Positions 54,699-64,000 of a DNA stretch of 64,000 bases are shown here, one piece after another. The notes under the pieces are model-generated. The model was not told the origin of the DNA. It ran no database searches and was given only the letters and a program-made list of their open reading frames with translations. The stretch's first letter is position 1. Each line of letters starts with the position of its first letter. A program made the position numbers and the translations under genes. Source of the stretch: Eledone cirrhosa (Eukaryota); NCBI GenBank assembly GCA_964016885.1, contig OZ024743.1, positions 293,446,001 through 293,510,000 of the forward strand, in the 5' to 3' direction.

Positions 54699-57600
54699 AT
54701 GTAGGTACCTTAAAAGGTCGCTCTAACGAGGTTGTAGAGATGCTTGAATGTAAGGAGGTCGATGTTTGCTGTATTCAAGAGACCAGGTGGAGGGGTGGGT
54801 CTGCTAGATTCATTGTGGATAAAGAACGATGCTATAAGCTTTTCTGGGTGGGAAATGACAATGGGCTGGGTAGAGTAGGAATCATGGTAGCAGAAAAGTG
54901 GGCAGATAAGATAATAGACGTAAATAGAGTGAACGACAGAATAATTAAAATAAGACTTGTCCTCAATAGAACTACTGTGACAATAATATCTGCATATGCA
55001 CCACAATCCGGACTACCTGGCGTTATAAAAGACAGATTCTATGAGACGTTAAAGCTCACTACCTCCCAAATAACCAACAGTGACTACATAGTTATCGCTG
55101 GCAACCTAAATGGTCACATTGGACAACAGTGTGACGGCTATGACGGAATCCATGGAGGCTATGGGTTTGGTACTAGAAATGAGGAAGGCTCCAGAATCCT
55201 GGAATTCTGTGACGCAAATAACCTAACTTTCTGTAACACTAACCACAAAAAACCAGACAATCACTTGATCACCTATAGATCAGAGGAACACACCAGCCAG
55301 GTAGATTATATTCTTACCAGAAGACATGACAGAGTGTCTGATGTAAACACTAAATCCCTCCCCCATGAAGAATGCACCTCTCAACATAGACTCATAATTA
55401 GCGACCTCATAGTCAGGACGAGACGTACTCAACAACAGAAGAGGACTATGCTCAGGAGAAAAATATGGAAGCTAAAGGACCCCACAGCCAGTAATAAATT
55501 TAAAAGCATATTACTTGATACTTTTGATAGTAAGGAAGAGCAGTTAGTTGTACAATATAGAGGAACAGTGGGAATTCCTGAAAGCTAACCTGCTGAAGGC
55601 GACAGATGAAACCTATGGCTGGAGCAGACCTATAGGCAGGAGGAGAGTAACTTGGTGGTGGAACAGTAAGGTGGAGGGGTCAATCAAGGTCAAAAAGCAG
55701 GCTTGGAAAGCATGGCGGGATGGGAGAAGTAGAGAAGACTATCAAGTGGCCAGGGGGGAAGCTAGGAGACAAGTGTACTTCGCAAGAAGGGAAGTAGAGG
55801 AAAGAAAGTTCAAGTATGTTCTACAACGCGAGGACCAAAAACGTGAGATGTTCAGGATTGCTAGGCAATGTGTCAAGGAAAACCGTGATATTGTCGGGGA
55901 GAAGTGTGTCCTTAATGATGACGGTGTACTTGCCATCACTGACGCTGATAAGAAGGTAGCTTGGAAATGTCACTACGAAAGGCTACTAAATGAGGAGAAT
56001 AATTGGGAGAAAGACAGTCTCCCCCACATCAATCCAATAGAGGGACCAGCAGTGCAAGTTGAAGGTAGTATAATAAATAAGGTGATCAAAGACATGAAGA
56101 CCGGCAAGGCAGCTTGTCCTTTGGAAATAGTTGCTGAAATGCTGAAAGCATCTGGAACGGTGGGACACACTATGGTCACCTGGATAGTAAACCAAGTCAT
56201 ACAGAATGGGGTCGTTCTGAAGGACTGGTGCAGCAGCAGCATCATTAACTGCTACAAGGGTAAAGAAGATGCTCTAGATAGGGGAAACTATAGAGGCATT
56301 AAATTAATTGACCAGGTCATGAAGGTCACGGAAAAAGTAATAGCGCAACTAATCAGAGAGCGAATTGATCTAGACGAAATGCAGTTTGGGTTTGTGTCAG
56401 TTAAAAGTAGCACAGACACTCTTTTCATTGTACGACAACTACAGGAGTAGTACCTAGCTAAAAGTAAACCCCTATACTTAGCTTTTCTTGACTTGGAGAA
56501 AGCCTTTGACAGAGTACCCCGCTCGATTATCTGGTGGGCCCTTAGAAAACTAGGTGTTGATGAATGGCTTGTGAGAGCTATACAAGCCATGTATAAAGAA
56601 ACAGTCAGCAAGGTTAGAATTAACAACGAATATAGTGAAGAGTTTAGGCTCCGTCTTTAGCCCCCTACTATTTATTATTGCCCTTCAGGCTATAACAGAG
56701 GAGTTCAAGACCGGCTGCCCATGGGAACTTCTATACGCAGATGATCTAACGCTCATAGCTGAATCATTGGCTGAACTAGAGAAGAAATTCCAAACATGGA
56801 AGCATGGCCTAGAATCAAAAAGCCTTAAAATTAACCTGTCTAAGACTAAAGTTCTAGTTTGTAGGAAGGAAAATAGGGCACTGGTTCCCTCTGGGAAATG
56901 GCTATGCTCAGTGTCTAGGAAAGGAGTAGGCAGAAACTCCATTTTATGTCCCAAATGCAAAGTATGGGTGCATAAAAGATGTAGTGGGATTACAGGTAAG
57001 CTAACTAAGAATATAGATTTTATATGTGGCCGGTGCTCAGGTGCAATAAGTAGCAGCAAGTGCTCACAGAATACTAGCTCATTCCATTGCACAGATGGTT
57101 CTATAGAAATAGTGGACACCTTCCGTTACCTGGGTGACAAAATCAGCAGTGGTGGAGGGTGCTCTGAAAGTACAGTAGCTAGAGTCAGAACGGGATGGAA
57201 AAAGTTCAGAGAGCTTATACCACTATTGGCCGCTAAAGGGTTCTCTCTAAAAATGAAAGGCAGGCTGTATGATGCCTGCATACGAACAGAAATGTTACAT
57301 GGCATTGAGACTTGGGCATTGTGTGCAGAGGATATACGCAGACTGGAGAGGAATGAAGCTTGCATGCTCCGTTGGATGTGTAATAGCAATATACGTGAGC
57401 GGCAAAGCATAAATGAACTAAGGGATAAATTAGGAATAAGAGGAATCAGATGTTGTTTACTCGAGAGAAGACTACATTGGTATGGTCACATGATGCGCAT
57501 GAAAGACGACAGCTGTATAAAAAAGTGGAGGGCGATAAAAATAGACGGTAGCCACGGAGTAGGCAGACCCAGAAAAACCTGGGACGACTTGATAAATTCC

Positions 57601-58046
57601 GACCTCACACACTTACACCTCTCCAAATCAATGACACTGGACTGAGATCTTTGGCACTACACAATAATACAGACGACCCACCTTGCCTAAGTACAAAGTG
57701 AAACCTACAGTCAGTAAGCACCTCTAACAAAAATACACCTCCGCCCCACCATCCCCACCCCATCCACACCATCCCTTTCAATGTAAAGTTATGTTGGTAC
57801 CACAACATCCAGGCTGAAATAAATGAGGTCGTGTTGGTATCACAAAAAAAAAACACACACAGTCCACGCTGTAATGTGGCCGTGTAGGTAACACGGTAAA
57901 AACCTCCCAGTCCACAATGTAAACGTGGTTGGTGTTAGGAAGGGCATCCAGCAAGACGACCAATCTTGCCTCAAGTGGGAAAACTCCCCGTCCAAACCCA
58001 TGAAGGCGTGGAAGATGGACGTTAAACGATGATGATGATGATGATA
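54699..58046 (+). mobile_element. RTE-clade non-LTR retrotransposon, near full length, 5' end starting at the APE N-terminus
   Basis: APE motifs (VGTL, CIQETRW, AYAPQ, GNLNGH, QVDYIL) in 54740-55588; RT motifs (NYRGIKL, QFGF, DLEKAFD, LLYADD, FRYLG) in 55548-57645; 3' UTR ending GGACGTTAAAC(GAT)n. Confidence 0.95.
54740..57645 (+). pseudogene. Disrupted RTE ORF: apurinic endonuclease + reverse transcriptase with PHD-like finger
   Basis: Three consecutive ORFs (54740-55588, 55548-56450, 56635-57645); frameshift near 55550, TAG at 56448-56450, deletion/frameshift near 56640 removing most of the GVHQGS motif seen in the 41798 copy. Confidence 0.92.
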
Positions 58047-59842
58047 ATATATATATATATGTATACACACACAGACAACGTTATATACAGATAAGCATAG
58101 ATAGTACATCTACACATATACAGATATCCATACAAACATGCATATGTTTACTTAACTGACCCAATTACTGCACATATAAACAAGACTATCAGTCAAAATT
58201 ATCATCATCATCATCGTTATTATCAATATCATCATCATTATCATCATCATCATCAAAATCCACTTTCCATGGTGAATTCTTTGGCTGCTATTTCTCTCAT
58301 GTTGAGCAACCATGTTATGGGTCCTACTTTTTCTGACATTTATTGACCATGGCATAAGTAATTGTATGTTAGACATGAATGAAAGGGCTAAAAACTGGAA
58401 CCTCAGTTAAACCTTCATTACGGGGTCAATAAAATAGAGCACCAATAATGCACTGGGGTCAATTTAATCAACTTTCCCCTCCCCTTCGAATTGCTGGCCT
58501 AAAGTAGAAACAATTATTATTGTTATTACTGCTACTAGGGCAGTGCATTAGCAGAGCCATTAGAGTGTAAGACATTGTCTCTATTACTACTGAAATGGTT
58601 TGTTGGGTAACTCGATGCTTATTTCCTATATACAATCATTGACAATTATATCAGGATACAGTAACTGAGATTGAGAATTTCCTCATATACTGGGACTTCA
58701 AAGTTCACAAAGACATAAGAGTAAAAACCCATGCCTGACTGTGCCCATAGACTCTTGGGTATTTTGGGTCACTTCTGGCACATCAACCTTTCTCTGTGGT
58801 ATTTTTCTGGTTTATCAAGCTTTAAGTTCAAATTCTGTGCATGGCAAGATTATATTATTAATGATGTGGATGAGGCTGAAGCCTAGAGACAAGGGGCCTA
58901 TAAATATGTCTTGCTGTAATGGAGTTAAGGGTTGGTGTGCCAGAAAAAACCACAAAATACGTGAAAATCTGTGGGCTCAGTCAGCCATGGGTTTTTACTG
59001 TTAGGTCTGTGTGAATGTTGAAGTCACAATTTACGAGGAAATCCTCTTTCTCAGTAACTGTTTTAGGAATGTGCTCATTCTAGTTTTTACACACACTAAA
59101 TCCTAACTTATTACACAAAAGTCAATACACGTGTAGCTACTTTGTCATGTGTTTTTTTGCAATTATTGCAATTTTGGACATCCACTTACCGTAGACATTA
59201 CATTTTCAAACTGAGCACCACACATCCTTCATTGTTCATCTGTTGTTGTCTTGTCAATCTTTGCTTTAACATAGTTCATTCACAGCGCCTGTTCTTGTGC
59301 TGCACAAATTATTACTTTTATTATTATTGCTACTGTTGTTTTGATTACTACTGTTGTTAATACAACTAACATCATCTGAATAAATATTGAAGAAAAATTG
59401 TACAGCATACATTACCACCACCACCACCACTACTACTTCTACTATTACTACAACCTCTACATTCCATCAGTGTCAACAAATTATCTTCATTCAACACATT
59501 TCATACGTACACAATTACTATAAACGCATATTCGTACACACTGCATCTCCCCACACACATACACAAGCTACACACGTATCTACAAAATTACTCAAACACA
59601 TCTATATGAATACACAATCACACACAAAATCTATACAAACAGGCACAAAACTACTCACACATGTACAAGCATACACATACGTACATATATAAAACTACAT
59701 ATACACTGGCACAAAATGATGTCCCCACTTCTACAAAACTACACATTACACACATACACACACAAAACTACACATTACACACATACACACACAAAACTAC
59801 ATGCACACACAAACTACCACCCACAAAACTATACACAAACAA

Positions 59843-59873
<31 letters not shown>

Positions 59874-60907
59874 TATATATATACACACTCACACAGGCCC
59901 CATACATACACATTATAAGCTTATCTCAACTCTGAGAGACTTGTTTGTTTTTGGAGTTTTCTGACATTCGCAGATATATATAATAAAGAAAACTGTTGCC
60001 TTTTGTTTTCTATTTGGCATTGGTTAATGGTGTGGGTGGGTGGAGACATGGAAGGGTGTTGGCCCTTTTTGGAAGATTACTAAGCTTGGGAGGGACTGAG
60101 GTTTTTTTTTCTCTGAAATTTATTTGTGTAGTTAGTTATTTTCCAATTTTGTGTTGCTCATGTTGTTGCTTATCACCATCAAACAATGCTGAAGCAGTAA
60201 ATTGGAAGAGTTGTTAGAACATTGTACAAAATGTTTTTTGGTATGTTTTATGGCTTTCTGTGCTCTGTGTTCAAATTCTATGCATGACAGGGTTATATTA
60301 TTTATTGGACTGAAGCCTAGGCACTAGGGGCCCATTGATATTACTTGCTGTCATAGGGGTAAAAGGTTGATGTGCCAGAAGTGACCCAAAATACCTGAAA
60401 GTCTATGGACTCAGCCAACCTTGGTGCAAGGTAAGCTTTAACTGTCATCCTTTCAGGGTTGATAAAGTACCAACCTATGAGCTGGCAGAATTGTTAAAGC
60501 ACATGGTCAGAATATCTTGCAGTATCTATTCCATCTCTTTGTGCCTAAGTTCAAAGCCTGCTGTGGACTATCTAGGTGATTGACAGTCCATTGTCAAGTT
60601 TATCACAACTACCTTTCTGTAACTGTTGAATAATTTTTAAATTCACTGTCCATGGTTGTATTATAACTTTTTTGCTACCATTGCAAATCATATGAAAAAT
60701 ACACCACTACTACAATCATTCATATTCTGAAGATGACTGTGAAGGTATCAAAATGTTAATAGATTTACTGACATAGGAATGCTTTTGTTCCCAATCAAAC
60801 AATGAAGTATTAGCCCTTTTGAAACCCAGCTGCCTCAAACTGCCCTTTGATTTGATACAAATCTACTCAATTTAAAATGTTTATATTTGGGGTAGAGGAA
60901 GTTGTAA

Positions 60908-61025
60908 GCATGAAAGGCAAAGCTAACTTCGGAGGGATTTGAACTCGGAATATAAAGAGTCATAACTCTATGCCACAAAGCATGTTGTATGGTGCTCTGC
61001 TGCGAGACTGCCAATCTACTACCAT
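60908..61025 (-). mobile_element. SINE family B 5' half
   Basis: GAAAGGCAAAGCTAACTTCGG..GGATTTGAACTC...CTGCCAATC. Confidence 0.75.
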
Positions 61026-61677
61026 TAGAAAATCATTGATAACATAAATCAAACTTGAACACAGTCGTGTTTTCAGTAGAACGATTTTTATATGATAGTT
61101 GTTTATTATGTGTATGTGTGTGTGTGTGTATATCTGTGTACAAACAGGAACAGTACAAGGTGTGGATAGAAGGAATTTGGATAATTTTAAACTCAAGAGG
61201 CATCATATCAATTTCTCCAAAGTAATCAAACAATGAATCTCATTGGTTGATATAGAATACGGATCCATCTAATCAGAGAAGATATAAATAGGTCATAGGA
61301 ATTTTCAATTTAATTTGTGTTTTATCAGTAATATATATGCATGAATGTAAAGGGAAAGCAGACATTAAAATGTTGTTGTTGATGATGATGATGGTAATGG
61401 TGATGATGATGTACATGTACATGTATACACACTTAAATATATGTATATATATGTGTTTGTGTGTGTACACAAACACATATATGTGCATTTAAACACGTAA
61501 TACACACACATATAAATTCTGGTGTATAATATTAGATTAAAATTTCAACTGCGTATAAAGTATTTGTTATCAGCAAGTCAGAATATGATCTACAATTGAA
61601 AGCTGAGTTGATAAAGATTCTCTTCTTATTCACATTACAAGGATTAATATTCTCCACACTTGATATATATATATATT

Positions 61678-62409
61678 AATAAAGTGGTCCTTCATCAGTG
61701 ATCTTCCAACCATCATCAGTATTTCTTCGCTTTAAAGACCATATACCTCCGGTTGGTGCGAGCAACGGCTAAAAAAAGTGGTTGGGACATGTAAATAAAG
61801 GGAACAGCGAGAGTGTAAACAAACAAAGATGGTGAAGCAACGAAAAGTGAGGAAGAGCGAGTCAAGTCCAAAAATTTCCATGAATATAAGTTCGGTGAAA
61901 TCGTGAACGAGAGAGAATAAAGACCATGAAACCTGGTTGAAATGTGAGCAAGGAAGGAATTTCGCACAGGTCTAACGGGAGGAAGAAGGGGTCTAGTCTG
62001 TGAATTCGGTAAACATAAGTTCTGTGAAATCGTAGACGAGAGAGAGAAAAAATGCCGACCGGCCTGGCCAAGCGTGCAAAAGAAAAGAATTACGCACAGG
62101 TCAAACGGGAAGAAGGAGGAGGAGGAGGAGAGGTAGTAACAGAGAGTGAGTGAGCAAAGGGTGAGGAAGAGGCTAACAGAGAGAGTGACTGTTAGAGAGG
62201 GTAAAGATACAGAGAAAGAAGAAGCAGTAAGAACGAAATAGATGGGTCACAGCGGGAGAAAAAATTTGTGTAAATATGAGAATAAATGTGCTGCGGAGTT
62301 GCAAATGGGTTACATATGAATAAAGTGGTCTTTCATCAGTGATCTTCCAACCATCATCGGTATTTCTTCGCTTTAAAGACCATATACCTCCGGTTGGTGC
62401 GAGCAACGG
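61678..62409. mobile_element. 732-bp non-coding element with 91-bp terminal direct repeats
   Basis: 61678-61768 matches 62319-62409 with 2 mismatches; (TA)n on both sides; internal diverged duplication of about 125 bp at 61880-62120. Confidence 0.75.
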
Positions 62410-62423
62410 ATATATATATATAT

Positions 62424-62744
62424 GATGGAGGCACATGGCTTAGTGGTTAGAGCATTGGCCTTGCAATCGAAAGGTTGTGAGTTCAATTCTCAGACCGGGT
62501 GATGTGTTGTTTCCTTGAGCAAGACATTTTATTTCACATTGCTCCAATTTAATCAGCTGTAGAAATGAGATGAGAGGGACTGGGGTCCATATCATGTGGT
62601 CGTGGGGGTGCCACGGCAAAAAAATCACCCAGCACTCACTGTAAATGAGGTTGGTGTTAGGAAGGGCATCCAGCTGTAGAAATCAAGCCAGAATCAGTTC
62701 CCGTCCCACCCTTGCAAGCAGGGAAAAGCGGACATAAAATGATG

Positions 62745-62750
<6 letters not shown>
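62424..62750 (+). mobile_element. SINE family A
   Basis: Close match to 868-1219. Confidence 0.9.
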
Positions 62751-62775
<25 letters not shown>

Positions 62776-62860
62776 GCATATATATATATACGTATGTATA
62801 TATATATATATGTATTTATATGTATATATGTATATGTGTATATATATGTGTATGTCTATA

Positions 62861-63969
62861 TATTGTTATACTTTGGGAGGGTCATGTTGCCAATAAGAAA
62901 CACACGCACCAGTTGCTTTCACTTCAATGTATTATAAATTAAATTTATAAATTTAGGAATTTATAAATTTCCGGTTGGTTGGTTGGTTCCACAACCAGAT
63001 GATTGTTCGTATATTGTCAAACTTCTTTCATCACACATTCTGTGACCTCTTCAGTGACTGGGGATTCTTTTCTTTGTTTTTGTGCCTCTCCTTTGCTCTG
63101 TCCTATGCCATCTTGTGTTTTTGTGTGTGTTGTGTGCTTAGTTTGCGCATGTGTTACATCCGGGTGTCTGTGTGTGTGTTTATATTTGTTTATTTACATG
63201 TTACTGGTTGGTTGTTTGTTCTATGTGTGTGTGTTTTATTTTGTCCTTAATTGTAAGCTGTGATGTTGCTATTCCATTCATGTTTTCTATTTAATTTTGG
63301 TTGGAGTTTATTTATGTTTCTTGCCTCTGTGATTTGTCTAAACTTTGTGTCTTTTCTGTGTGTAGATTCTATTTTTATTTCTATGTTCTCTAATTAACCC
63401 TTATGTTCTATTTTAGCATGTTGGTGGAGTACATATGATTCTTTTCTATCTTGAAGCTCTCGCCGGTGTTCATTTATCCGTTCTCCTATAATACGAGCTG
63501 TCTCACATATGTACACTATATTCTTATCTCTACATTGTCCTTCAGTACATCTTATGCTATATACTACATTTCTAGTTTTACAGTTAATATGGTGGCTTAG
63601 TTTACAAATTATACATTTCTTATCTATACAGGGAGGTCTTTGAAAAGAGTATGTATTGCTAATAAGTGTTTTTATGGAGGTAGTTGGTCTTTCTACAATC
63701 TTAATATTGAGTTTATGTTTATCTAGGGCGCTTCTAAATTTTTAAGCTAATTCACCTCTAGGGGTTGTATTGATGAACATTACACTCTGGTATTTATTGC
63801 TATCATACCATGAGTTTATTCTATTAACCTTATTCCTAGTTCTTTCTATTCTATTCCAAAATTTGCTCCTATACAAGGGGCAGGTCCCATTTGTATCATT
63901 ATTTACCATTATTTTCCTTATAGAGGAGCCAGAACCAAATGGGAAAAAATGGTAAATAATGATACAAAT
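62861..63969 (-). mobile_element. Penelope-like element family 1, second copy with short 5' inversion
   Basis: Colinear with 22876-23960; 63920-63969 is an inverted piece of the element's own upstream sequence. Confidence 0.9.
63016..63058 (-). ncRNA. Hammerhead ribozyme homolog of 23042-23086
   Basis: GUCA CUGAAGA G GUCACA-gaaug-UGUGAU GAAA GAAG UU UGAC. Confidence 0.7.
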
Positions 63970-64000
63970 ATCTACAACATGTCTGGCAGCTCAGTTGTTG

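Overview
AT-rich, microsatellite-saturated animal DNA. The SINE/RTE repertoire and (TA)n/(CA)n density suggest an octopus genome (inference). No host protein-coding exon could be supported, and most ORFs in the track are translated microsatellites. The real coding remnants are all retroelements: a nearly full-length but disrupted RTE LINE (APE + RT with an inserted PHD-like finger) plus several partial copies, and four Penelope-like element (PLE) pieces with GIY-YIG endonuclease. Around them are many tRNA-derived SINEs of at least three families, non-autonomous Helitrons and MITEs. The most interesting signal is non-coding. At least five unrelated sequence families carry minimal type I hammerhead ribozyme (HHR) folds. 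They include an ORF-less 470-490 bp unit in tandem plus inverted arrangement (retrozyme-like, 27234-28552), a perfect 363-bp palindrome with one HHR per arm (46917-47279), and fold-backs that break inside an apparent HHR core. Nearly all sit in (TA)n tracts. All folds were paired by eye; none was tested computationally or experimentally.
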